Part shown: piece after piece, positions 27,473 to 35,494 of the stretch
Numbering within the stretch: the first letter of the stretch is position 1
Layout of the letters: every line of letters starts with the position of its first letter
Source of the DNA: Betaproteobacteria bacterium
GTDB taxonomy: Bacteria; Pseudomonadota; Gammaproteobacteria; Burkholderiales; SG8-41
Assembly: GCA_947474275.1 (NCBI GenBank)
Contig: CANJHY010000001.1
Coordinates: 274-64,273, forward strand
Reading direction: 5' to 3'
Length of the DNA: 64,000 nucleotides
Program-made: the position numbers and the translations under genes
Notes under the pieces: model-generated
What the model was told of the DNA's origin: nothing
What the model saw: only the letters and a program-made list of their open reading frames with translations
Database searches by the model: none

Positions 27473-29022
27473 TGATCATGTTGTGGTCGATACTCAGAAG
27501 CCTGGCAAGTAAACCCGCAGCCAACCCTGCGGGCGCCGTGCGCGGCACCGGGCTCGAAACGGGCATCGCGTGTTTTAACGCGCAGGACTTCGCCGGCGCG
27601 TCCCGGGATCTCAGCGCGGCGCTGGATGCGGAACCCGATAATTTCGTCGCGGCATACTACCTGGCGCTGGCTGCGGCGCACAGCGGCCGCCTGGAACGCG
27701 CGCAGGAGTTGCTGGAAGCGGCGTGCGCGCGGCGCAATGATGCGGACGCGCACAGTGCGCTGGGCAATGTCTATCGCCTGCAAGGACGCGCGGCCGACGC
27801 CGAGCAGAGCTATCGCCGCGCGCTGGCGGTGGACGCGGGACATCTCACCGCGCTCGCCAATCTAGGCCTTTCATTGCGTGACCGCGGTGTGCCGCGCGAG
27901 GCGCTGCTCCTGCTCGATCGCGCGCTCAAGCTGGCGCCGAATCACGTGGAGGCGATTTTCAACAAGGCGCTGGTGCTGACTGATCTCGGCGAGCGCGAAG
28001 CCGCCGCCGCATTGATCGAGCGCGTGCTCGCGCTCGACCCGAATTTCGCCGAGGCGCATTTGCAGCGCGGATTCTCCCTGCTGAAGCAGGGGAATTTCGC
28101 CGCAGGGTGGGACGAGTATGCATGGCGCACCCGCATACCCGAGGTCGACCATTGGCAGGAATACGCCTACCCGCATTGGCAGGGTGAAGCGCTCGAAGGC
28201 AAACGCCTGCTGGTGCAGGCGGAACAGGGCTTGGGCGATCAGATCATGTTTGCATCCTGTCTGCCGGACCTCCTGCCGCGCGCGCGGCACACCGTGCTCG
28301 AATGCGATCCGCGGCTGGCCCGCTTGTTCGCGCGCAGCTTTCCGCCCGCCGTGGTCTATCGCCATCGTGTCGAGGGCGCGCCCGACTGGTCGGGCGAAGC
28401 CGCGCCGGATTACCGCGTTCGCATGGGTGATTTGCCACGCATAATGCGCAGGTCAAAGGCGGATTTCCCCGCGCATCGCGGCTATCTGCTTGCCGACGCT
28501 GCGCAGGTTGCGGCATGGCGCGCGCGGCTCGACGCCCTGGGGCGTGGTCTCAAGGTCGGCGTGTCGTGGCGCGGCGGCACGCCGGGCACCGGCCAGGCGG
28601 CGCGTTCACTCGCGCTCGACGCGCTGCTGCCGTTATTGAGGTTGCCGCGTGCGCATTTTATTTCCCTGCAGTACGGCGCGGTCGGCGCTGAAATCGCCGA
28701 TCTGCGCGTGCGTCACGGCATCGTGCTGCACGAATGGTCGCAGGCGGACGCCGCGATGGACGGCGTTGCGGCTTTGATCGCGAGCCTCGATCTGGTCATC
28801 ACGGTGTGCACGACTGCGGTCCACCTGTCCGGAGCGCTGGGCAAGCCCGCGTGGGTCATGGTCCCCGCCGTTGCGGAGTGGCGCTATCTGGAAACCGGCG
28901 CGCATCTTCCGTGGTATCCGGCGCTGCGGCTGTTTCGTCAGCAGAACCCTGGCGCATGGGACGGTGTCGTCGCAGACGTCAGGACGGAACTGGTGCGCGA
29001 AATCGACGCCGCTCACGGGTAA
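27472..29022 (+). CDS. TPR + GT9-like glycosyltransferase, paralog 6
   Basis: ATG 27472 overlaps the upstream TAA (TAATG). LLVQAEQGLGDQIMFASCLPD, GYLLADA, GVSWRGGT, CTTAVHLSGALGKPAWV and PWYPALRLFRQ. The 27313 extension lies inside paralog 5 and is discounted. Confidence 0.8.
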   Translation: MIMLWSILRSLASKPAANPAGAVRGTGLETGIACFNAQDFAGASRDLSAALDAEPDNFVAAYYLALAAAHSGRLERAQELLEAACARRNDADAHSALGNVYRLQGRAADAEQSYRRALAVDAGHLTALANLGLSLRDRGVPREALLLLDRALKLAPNHVEAIFNKALVLTDLGEREAAAALIERVLALDPNFAEAHLQRGFSLLKQGNFAAGWDEYAWRTRIPEVDHWQEYAYPHWQGEALEGKRLLVQAEQGLGDQIMFASCLPDLLPRARHTVLECDPRLARLFARSFPPAVVYRHRVEGAPDWSGEAAPDYRVRMGDLPRIMRRSKADFPAHRGYLLADAAQVAAWRARLDALGRGLKVGVSWRGGTPGTGQAARSLALDALLPLLRLPRAHFISLQYGAVGAEIADLRVRHGIVLHEWSQADAAMDGVAALIASLDLVITVCTTAVHLSGALGKPAWVMVPAVAEWRYLETGAHLPWYPALRLFRQQNPGAWDGVVADVRTELVREIDAAHG

Positions 29023-29319
29023 GAACCCGGCATCCCCGGGTTGCACGCCTGCCAAACGCGGGCTTACCAACCGGCGTAAGCAGCCGGGGCGGATTTAGCC
29101 GATGCTGACGCTCAGCGTCATGATTTGTCGTTTGCAGTCGCCGCAGCGATGCTGCGACGCGTCAATTCCCAATTCAATTTTCCGCATTGTGAAAAATATC
29201 TTGGATTTTAGCGCCGGCAAAGCTTCAAATTCACCGCTCCGCTGAAATTTGGCTGCCTAACCGGCGACCTGACGCAAGTCTGTGGATAACCGGGCTTTTC
29301 TGGCATCAATCCAGGGCAC

Positions 29320-29334
29320 TGGTATGGAACTTGC
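29320..29334 (+). promoter_or_regulatory. sigma54 (-24/-12) type promoter for pilin 1
   Basis: TGGTATGGAACTTGC fits TGGYAY-N5-TTGC with correct GG/GC spacing, about 80 nt upstream of ATG 29416. Confidence 0.55.
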
Positions 29335-29415
29335 GACCAGGACGCTGGCAAGCATTACTTTATATAACTAAATATTGCTTGTATTTGGCGTTTGTAACTT
29401 TTTAAGGAGATCTGA

Positions 29416-29835
29416 ATGAAGCGTATTCAACGGGGCTTTACCCTGATCGAACTGATGATCGTCGTTGCGATTATCGGTATTCTGGCGGCGGTCGCGCTGC
29501 CCGCGTATCAGGACTACACGATTCGCGCAAAAGTGTCGGAAATTGTATTGCAGGCCAGCGGCTTCAAAACGACTATCGCCGAGAAATCTGCATCGGACGG
29601 CACCATGTCGAGTTCCGGCATGGGTCTGACCGTCAGCACCGGCGGACGCGTCGCCGGCGGTAGCGTTACCGATAACGGCACCATCATAGTTATCGGCAGT
29701 GCGACTACTCTTGGTACCGACGTTACGGTTCAACTGCGTCCTTCGCTGGGCGCCGGCGGCCGTATCGCGTGGGAATGCTCCACGACTGGTACTTCGACCG
29801 CCTGGAAATACGTGCCGGCGGAATGCCGTCACTAA
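29416..29835 (+). CDS. pilA: type IV (IVa-like) major pilin, copy 1
   Basis: AAGGAG RBS. Leader MKRIQRG | [27 protein letters not shown] (prepilin peptidase site, class III signal). C-terminal Cys pair (WEC...AECRH). Confidence 0.9.
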   Translation: MKRIQRGFTLIELMIVVAIIGILAAVALPAYQDYTIRAKVSEIVLQASGFKTTIAEKSASDGTMSSSGMGLTVSTGGRVAGGSVTDNGTIIVIGSATTLGTDVTVQLRPSLGAGGRIAWECSTTGTSTAWKYVPAECRH

Positions 29836-29880
29836 GTTTGAACCTGCGGGATTTTTAACGCAGGGTTCTGGCTCCAATCA

Positions 29881-29911
29881 ACAGCCCCTCCTCGCGAGGG
29901 GCTGTTGTTTT
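29881..29911 (+). terminator. rho-independent terminator after pilin 1
   Basis: acagcccctc / gaggggctgt 10-bp stem with a 5-nt loop, then tgtttt. Confidence 0.75.
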
Positions 29912-29997
29912 GGGACTGCAGTTTGAGCGCAATTCGATTGCGCCGTACTTGGGGATTTGCACGATAACTGGTTAGCGCAGCGCTGGGTTAGCCATTG

Positions 29998-30030
29998 TGC
30001 AAGCGCTCAGTCGAAGATTTACCCTGATCC
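29998..30030 (+). pseudogene. 11-codon 5' remnant of a pilA3-like pilin gene at the duplication junction
   Basis: GTG CAA GCG CTC AGT CGA AGA TTT ACC CTG ATC (VQALSRRFTLI) parallels the pilin 3 start GTG AAA ACA CTC AGT CGA GGT TTT ACC CTG ATC. Homology then switches to the upstream module. Confidence 0.7.
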
Positions 30031-30157
30031 AATTTTCCGCATTGTGAAAATACTTTGGATTTTAGTGGCAGCAAAGCTTCAAATTCACCGATCCTCTGAA
30101 ATTTGGCTGCCTAACCGGCGGCCTGACGCAAGTATGTGGATAACCGCATAAGCGCAC

Positions 30158-30172
30158 TGGTATGGAATTTGC
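30158..30172 (+). promoter_or_regulatory. sigma54 (-24/-12) type promoter for pilin 2
   Basis: TGGTATGGAATTTGC, in the same position within the duplicated module. Confidence 0.55.
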
Positions 30173-30237
30173 TTATAGCGCTTGGCCAGTAATACATTTC
30201 ATGTATTTGGCGTTTATAACAATTTAAGGGGATCTGA

Positions 30238-30657
30238 ATGAAGCGTATTCAACGGGGCTTTACCCTGATCGAACTGATGATCGTCGTTGCGATTATCGGT
30301 ATTCTGGCGGCAGTTGCGCTGCCCGCGTATCAGGACTACACGATTCGTGCCAAAGTGTCGGAAATCGTACTAACGGCTAGCGGCTACAAAACCTCTGTTG
30401 CAGAGAAATCTGCGTCAGACGGCACCATGACAAGCTCCGGGATTGGTCTGACCGTCAACAGCGGCGGACGCGTCGCCGGCGGCAGCGTTACCGATACCGG
30501 CACCATAGTCGTTATCGGCAGCGCATCCTCTATTGGTACCGACGTTACGGTTCAACTGCGTCCTTCGATGGGCGCCGGTGGCCGTATCGCGTGGGAATGC
30601 TCGACCCAGGGTACTACGAGTTCATGGAAATACGTGGCGGCGGAATGCCGTCACTAA
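30238..30657 (+). CDS. pilA: type IV (IVa-like) major pilin, copy 2
   Basis: AAGGGG RBS. The first 45 residues are identical to copy 1, and later differences are mostly Ser/Thr swaps. Confidence 0.9.
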   Translation: MKRIQRGFTLIELMIVVAIIGILAAVALPAYQDYTIRAKVSEIVLTASGYKTSVAEKSASDGTMTSSGIGLTVNSGGRVAGGSVTDTGTIVVIGSASSIGTDVTVQLRPSMGAGGRIAWECSTQGTTSSWKYVAAECRH

Positions 30658-30702
30658 GTTTGAACCTGCGGGATTTTTAACGCAGGGTTTTGGCTCCAAT
30701 CA

Positions 30703-30733
30703 ACAGCCCCTCCTTGCGAGGGGCTGTTGTTTT
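30703..30733 (+). terminator. rho-independent terminator after pilin 2
   Basis: Same acagcccctc / gaggggctgt stem plus tgtttt as after pilin 1. Confidence 0.75.
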
Positions 30734-30818
30734 GGGACCACGGTTTGACCGCAATTCGATTGCGCCGTAGTTGGGAATTTGCACGCTAATTGGTTAGCGC
30801 AGCGCTGGGTTAGCCAAT

Positions 30819-31235
30819 GTGAAAACACTCAGTCGAGGTTTTACCCTGATCGAACTGATGATCGTAGTCGCGATCATCGGCATTCTGGCGGCCGTGGCGC
30901 TGCCGGCCTATAACACTTATACGATACGCGCCAAAGTGTCGGAACTGATGCTTACGGCAAGCAGTTTTCGCGTAGGGATTGCCGAAAAAATCCAATCCGA
31001 CGGCACCATGTCGAGCGCGGGAATGGGGCTGACCGTCGCCTCCGGCGGCCGTGTGTCCGGCGGTTCGATATCCGATACGGGAACCGTCGCGGTGTTCGGA
31101 AGCGCCGGCTCCATCGGCACCGACGTCACGGTTGTTCTCACCCCGTCGTTGAACGGCGGACGCCTCGTCTGGGCGTGCACCAGCGGCGGCAACACCACAA
31201 CGTGGAAATATCTGCCCGCCGAATGCCGCCATTAA
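30819..31235 (+). CDS. type IV pilin, divergent copy 3 (GTG start, no obvious promoter or SD)
   Basis: MKTLSRG | [24 protein letters not shown]. It sits about 85 nt downstream of the pilin 2 terminator. Confidence 0.8.
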   Translation: MKTLSRGFTLIELMIVVAIIGILAAVALPAYNTYTIRAKVSELMLTASSFRVGIAEKIQSDGTMSSAGMGLTVASGGRVSGGSISDTGTVAVFGSAGSIGTDVTVVLTPSLNGGRLVWACTSGGNTTTWKYLPAECRH

Positions 31236-31270
31236 GGCGCGCGTCTTCATTCACGCCGCAGGATTTCCGC

Positions 31271-32359
31271 CTATCGTAGCTCGAGCATGCGGATTGCCTT
31301 GTCGTCGACAAACCGTGTGATATTGATCTGACCGTGAAAGCCGAAGCTTGGTCCGCGCGGCTCGACGTGCTCGAAAGAAAACTGGTCGGCAACAGTGGCT
31401 GGCGCAAAAGCGATCCCATGCTCTCTTTCCAGGTATTCGCGGTGGGTCCGGCAAATCGCCGTGTCTTCCGGATGCGAGGCCACGATTTGCGGATCCTGCA
31501 GGGCTTCCAACAGCGTCCTCGAACGTAGCGAAAATCCGCCGTTGCCGACGGCATGCGCGGCGGGAATGTTGAGCAGCTCGTGCGGCCAGCGCGCGCCGAC
31601 GTAATCGTACAGCAGGAATTGATCGGACCAGAGCGCCGGGTTCACGACGTAGCCGTCCCATTGAATGATCAGAACGTACTCGGTGTCGATATGGCGCAGC
31701 AGGTCCTTCATCACGAATTTCGAGTAATCCTGCAGCGAGCGTATCGGCTCGATGCGCACGGTTTCTATCGGTTTGAGATCGAAATCGCGATCGCTGAAAA
31801 ACAGCGCGCGCGGAAATTCGCAGCCCGCCGTGCTCAGTTGCAGCGCGCGGATTGCCGGCGCGTGATTGCTGCAGTCGATGCAGCACAGCGTGGTATCGGG
31901 AATGCGTACCCTGGTTGCCGCCGGTTGGGCGGGGCGTCGCGTATCGAGCAGCGCGAGCCTTTGCTTGAGCAGGCCAGTCAGCCCGGCGAAGCCTTCGCGC
32001 GCGGACAGGATTTCCCACAGGCGCACATGCGCCTTGTGCATGCCAGGGTCGAGCCGCAAGGCGTGGCGCAACTCGGCAAGCGCCTCGTCGTCGCGTTGCA
32101 AAGCCGACAGCGCCTGCGCGCGGGTGTAGCGGAACGCGGCGTTGTCGGGCTGCGTGCCTGTCGCGCGCAGGGCGAAGTTTTCGGCGAGGTCGAAACGCTG
32201 CCGACGCAGCGAAATCATCGCGGCAAGATGCAGCAGGTCGGGGTGATCCGCGGATACGCTCAAAAGGCGGTCGAGCAGGGTGGCGGCGACATCGAAGTCC
32301 CCGGCGTGAAACCTTTCAAGGACTTGCTGCAACTGTTGCGCGGCCGGTGTGGTGCTCAT
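31271..32359 (-). CDS. TPR-repeat protein with C-terminal DUF5672-like (putative glycosyltransferase) domain
   Basis: Start chosen at ATG 32359 (MSTTPAAQQ), because the longer ORF would overlap the soxB 3' end. The C-terminus has LIIQWDGYV...YDYVGARWP...GNGGFSLRS, which I associate with DUF5672. Confidence 0.6.
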   Translation of the reverse strand: MSTTPAAQQLQQVLERFHAGDFDVAATLLDRLLSVSADHPDLLHLAAMISLRRQRFDLAENFALRATGTQPDNAAFRYTRAQALSALQRDDEALAELRHALRLDPGMHKAHVRLWEILSAREGFAGLTGLLKQRLALLDTRRPAQPAATRVRIPDTTLCCIDCSNHAPAIRALQLSTAGCEFPRALFFSDRDFDLKPIETVRIEPIRSLQDYSKFVMKDLLRHIDTEYVLIIQWDGYVVNPALWSDQFLLYDYVGARWPHELLNIPAAHAVGNGGFSLRSRTLLEALQDPQIVASHPEDTAICRTHREYLEREHGIAFAPATVADQFSFEHVEPRGPSFGFHGQINITRFVDDKAIRMLELR

Positions 32360-32390
32360 CGCGGGGTCGCGAAATATTCCACTCGCAGGA

Positions 32391-34106
32391 TCAGGCGATG
32401 CCCGGGTTGCCGCTGACGCCGGACAGGCGGGGCGAATTGAGCTGCGGCGGGCGTATGACCTGTTTGTTGCGCAGATAGCTGGCAACGATTTCCCAGATGG
32501 GCCGCCCGCCGGCGCCTTCGGCCACCGGCGCCCAGCCCGCGACCTTGTATTTCCTGTCCGCCTCGATCGGCTTGTCGTTGAGCATCATGCCGCTGATGCG
32601 GCTGCCGATGGCGCGAGTCGGATCGCAAGCGTATTGCAGGCCGCCCACGCGCACCATGTCGCCGCCTTGCTGCAGATAGGGGTCCGGGTTGAACAGGTTG
32701 TCGCACACGTCCTCGAGTATGGTCTTGAGCGTTTCCCCGCTCATTTCGGTCAGGGTCGAGTGCGGATAGGTTATCGCAGTCTGGTCCATGACGTGCTCGA
32801 ACGTGATCGGCTCGTTGGGCAGCACCGCGGTGCCCCAGCGGAACCCAGGCGACAGGGCGATCTCGGCGCCGCTCACTTCCATCAATGCGTCGAGTATGAT
32901 CTGGTCGAACGTGCCGTTGAAATTGCCGCGCCGGTAGAGCAGTCCTTCGCTGACCGCAAGTTGTTCGCCCAGCCGCGCTTCGTACGGCGCGCGCACCCGG
33001 GCTATCAGCCGGGACATGTCCTTGTCCGCCTCCAGCATCAGCGAAAAGACCGGCAGCAGGCGGTACTGATAGCCTTTGACTTCCTTGTTTCTGATGTCGA
33101 GGTCGAGCACCGCGAGAAATTTCCCGTTGCTGCCGGCATTCGTCACCAGGGTCGTGCCGCCGCGGTTTTTGACGGCAACAGGATCGGGCACCGCATCGTG
33201 CGTATGCCCGCCGAGTATTACGTCGATGCCGGAGACGCGTCCCGCGAGCTTGAGATCCACGTCCATGCCGTTATGCGACAGCAGGATCACGGCATGCGCG
33301 CCCTTGGCGATGGCCGCATCGACGGTTTTCTGCAGTTTTTCTTCCTGAATGCCGAAGGTCCAGTCGGCCATCAGGTGGCGCGGATGGGCGATCGGCGTGT
33401 ACGGGAATGCCTGGCCGATGATGGCGACCGGTACGCCGTTGATCTCGCGCATGACCCACGGCGTGAAAACCGGGTCGCCAAAATCGGTGGTGGCCACGTT
33501 CTGCGCTAGAAACTCGATACGGCCTTTCAGCTGCGTATCGACCAGCTCCTTGACGCGCGCGGAGCCCAGCGTGAATTCCCAGTGTCCGGTCATGATATCG
33601 ACGCCGAGCAGCTTCGCCGCCTGCACCATGTCCTCGCCGCGTGTCCACAGCGCGGTCGCCGAGCCTTGCCAGGTGTCGCCGCCGTCAAGCAGCAGCGCGC
33701 CCGGACGTTGTGCACGCACCCGTTTCACGAGAGTGGCGAGGTGGGCGAAGCCGCCGACCTTGCCGAAAGTCCGCGCGCCGTGTTCGTATTCGAGGTGCGT
33801 AAACGCGTGCGCGAGGCGGGTGTTGGGGCTGATGCGGAATTGTTTGAGCAATGCCTCGCCGACGATGTGCGGCGGCTTGCCGGCCATGCCGGCGATGCCG
33901 ATGTTGACGCTGGGTTCTCGAAAGTAGCTCGGCAGCAACTGCGCGTGGCAGTCGGTGAAATGCATCAGCGTCACGTTGTTGCCGAAACTGTGCAGATCGT
34001 AAAAACCGTTGATCGCGGTGGTGGCGCGCGCGTGGTCGCCGAGCGGAAAGCCGGCCGCCGCCGCCACCGCGAGCGTATGCAGGAATTCTCGCCTTGTCAT
34101 AGCCAT
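32391..34106 (-). CDS. soxB: thiosulfohydrolase SoxB
   Basis: Tat leader MAMTRREFLH, metallophosphatase/5'-nucleotidase architecture and about 570 aa, immediately downstream of soxYZ and soxXA. Confidence 0.9.
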   Translation of the reverse strand: MAMTRREFLHTLAVAAAAGFPLGDHARATTAINGFYDLHSFGNNVTLMHFTDCHAQLLPSYFREPSVNIGIAGMAGKPPHIVGEALLKQFRISPNTRLAHAFTHLEYEHGARTFGKVGGFAHLATLVKRVRAQRPGALLLDGGDTWQGSATALWTRGEDMVQAAKLLGVDIMTGHWEFTLGSARVKELVDTQLKGRIEFLAQNVATTDFGDPVFTPWVMREINGVPVAIIGQAFPYTPIAHPRHLMADWTFGIQEEKLQKTVDAAIAKGAHAVILLSHNGMDVDLKLAGRVSGIDVILGGHTHDAVPDPVAVKNRGGTTLVTNAGSNGKFLAVLDLDIRNKEVKGYQYRLLPVFSLMLEADKDMSRLIARVRAPYEARLGEQLAVSEGLLYRRGNFNGTFDQIILDALMEVSGAEIALSPGFRWGTAVLPNEPITFEHVMDQTAITYPHSTLTEMSGETLKTILEDVCDNLFNPDPYLQQGGDMVRVGGLQYACDPTRAIGSRISGMMLNDKPIEADRKYKVAGWAPVAEGAGGRPIWEIVASYLRNKQVIRPPQLNSPRLSGVSGNPGIA

Positions 34107-34157
34107 GAGTTGTGCGCCGCCGGTCGGGCAGCGATGGTGATTCCGCGCGGCGCGCGG

Positions 34158-35468
34158 CTAGTGCCGGATGCCCGGCGAGTTGAGCTTCTCGCCCTTGTTG
34201 AGGGCGGCCAGCGCGAGTTCTATATCGCCATATTCAGCGGCGTCGGGAGGCAGTTCGTTGGCGCGCACCGACACGTTGCACCATTGAAAGCGCTTGCGGA
34301 TGTCCCAGATATCGCCGCGGCTGGTGCGCCAGGTCGGGAAGTGCGCGACCGTGCCCTTCGATTCGACCAGGTACTGGCCGCGCACCCATTTGTTCGCGTG
34401 GCGCTCCCGCGTATGGCAATCGACGCACGCCATATTGAGTTGTCCGACCTTGCGCTGCATCAGGCTTTGGCCGTTTTTTACGGCACGCTTGGCACCTGCA
34501 CCCGCGAGGTCCGGGTTGATCGGCGCGCCATTGGCAATGTTATGCAGGTAAATCGACAATCCCGTGTTGTCGTCGCTTTGCATCAGCATTTCATCGCCGG
34601 TCGTGGCGCGCGCGTGTCGCGTAATGAATTCCTCTACCCCCATCACCTTGTTGAGGCGCGGTTCGAAGCGCGGCATGCGCGCCGCCCACGTCTTGAACGC
34701 GGTCTCGGGCGCCGCGTGACACGACGCGCACGCTTTGCCATTGGCACCCGCGCGTTTGAACGCATCCTTGCCGCGGTCGAGTCCGAACATGCCGGGATTC
34801 TCGGTGGGGTCGAGATTGTCGCGGCTTTCCACCGGCGCCGGGCGCGTGTTGGGGTTTTCGTTCTTGTCGGTGATCGCGTACGGTTCCTTGAGCGTTTTCA
34901 GGAAGGCGACGATGTCCCGCACCTCGTCGAGGCGGTAAACCTGATACGCGCCCCACGGCGGCATGATGCTGTTGGGGTTGTATATGCGCGCATCGTAGAC
35001 ATAGTTGAAGAGCCATTGATCGTCGCGCGTGGCACCCACTGCCGACAAATCGGGGCCGACATTGCCGGGCTGCGCCGGCGTCGTTTTTCCCATCACGTGA
35101 CATACCACGCAACTGCCGCCGCGCGTGCGATCGTATGCAAGCGTGCGGCCGCGGTCAGCATTGCCTTCTACCGGCAAAGTAAAACCGGGCGCTGGATGCA
35201 TGGCGGGCGACGCGTTGCCGACCGCCAGATTGTTGAAATCCCGCCAGTCGGCCTGCGGCCACGAGGAGCCCTGTGAGTCGACCTTGTAGCGTTGCCACGG
35301 CCGCACGGATGCAGGCTTCTTGAGTTCGAGCGGTGCTGCCGCCGTCTTCGCGGTGGCTGGTCCGGCGCCCAGCACCGGAGCGACCGCCAGCGCCAATGCC
35401 AATCCAGTTGCCGTCAATGCAATCCTGGCCATCACTATTCCCGTATCAGTCAATCGCGTGTGCGGCAT
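34158..35468 (-). CDS. soxA: tri-heme cytochrome c, apparent SoxX-SoxA fusion
   Basis: Signal peptide and three CxxCH sites (CVVCH in the N-terminal SoxX-like half; CASCH and CVDCH in the SoxA-like half). RKRFQWCNVS supplies a candidate SoxA Cys heme ligand. An alternative start is ATG 35432. Confidence 0.75.
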   Translation of the reverse strand: MPHTRLTDTGIVMARIALTATGLALALAVAPVLGAGPATAKTAAAPLELKKPASVRPWQRYKVDSQGSSWPQADWRDFNNLAVGNASPAMHPAPGFTLPVEGNADRGRTLAYDRTRGGSCVVCHVMGKTTPAQPGNVGPDLSAVGATRDDQWLFNYVYDARIYNPNSIMPPWGAYQVYRLDEVRDIVAFLKTLKEPYAITDKNENPNTRPAPVESRDNLDPTENPGMFGLDRGKDAFKRAGANGKACASCHAAPETAFKTWAARMPRFEPRLNKVMGVEEFITRHARATTGDEMLMQSDDNTGLSIYLHNIANGAPINPDLAGAGAKRAVKNGQSLMQRKVGQLNMACVDCHTRERHANKWVRGQYLVESKGTVAHFPTWRTSRGDIWDIRKRFQWCNVSVRANELPPDAAEYGDIELALAALNKGEKLNSPGIRH

Positions 35469-35494
35469 TTCGGCGGAGCGTGTTGGGGGGCGGT

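Larger units (their letters stand above)
29175..30851 (+). repeat. tandem segmental duplication (unit 1 29175-30030, unit 2 30031-30851), each unit = upstream module + sigma54 promoter + pilin + terminator + downstream module + first 11 pilin codons
   Basis: caattttccgcattgtgaaaa...gtggataacc occurs at 29175-29291 and 30031-30145. gcaattcgattgcgccgta...ggttagcgcagcgctgggttagcca and the following GTG...accctgatc occur at about 29925-30030 and about 30750-30851. Confidence 0.8.

Noticed and set aside
29957-30151. 64-aa ORF spanning the duplication junction, and the antisense ORFs 29368-29877(-) and 30810-31250(-) over the pilins.
   Set aside because: The 64-aa ORF is in a different frame from the pilin remnant and runs through promoter/module DNA that is clearly non-coding in the paralogous copy. 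The antisense ORFs are shadows of the pilin genes.
30768-30790. sigma54-like string ttgggaatttgca upstream of pilin 3 (and its homolog at about 29950 after pilin 1).
   Set aside because: The GG and GC elements are only about 7 nt apart instead of the required spacing, so it does not fit -24/-12 geometry.
14108-32359. The glycosylation/pilin region as a mobile genomic island.
   Set aside because: No integrase, transposase, tRNA gene or flanking direct repeats were seen at either border. It is called accessory only on gene content.
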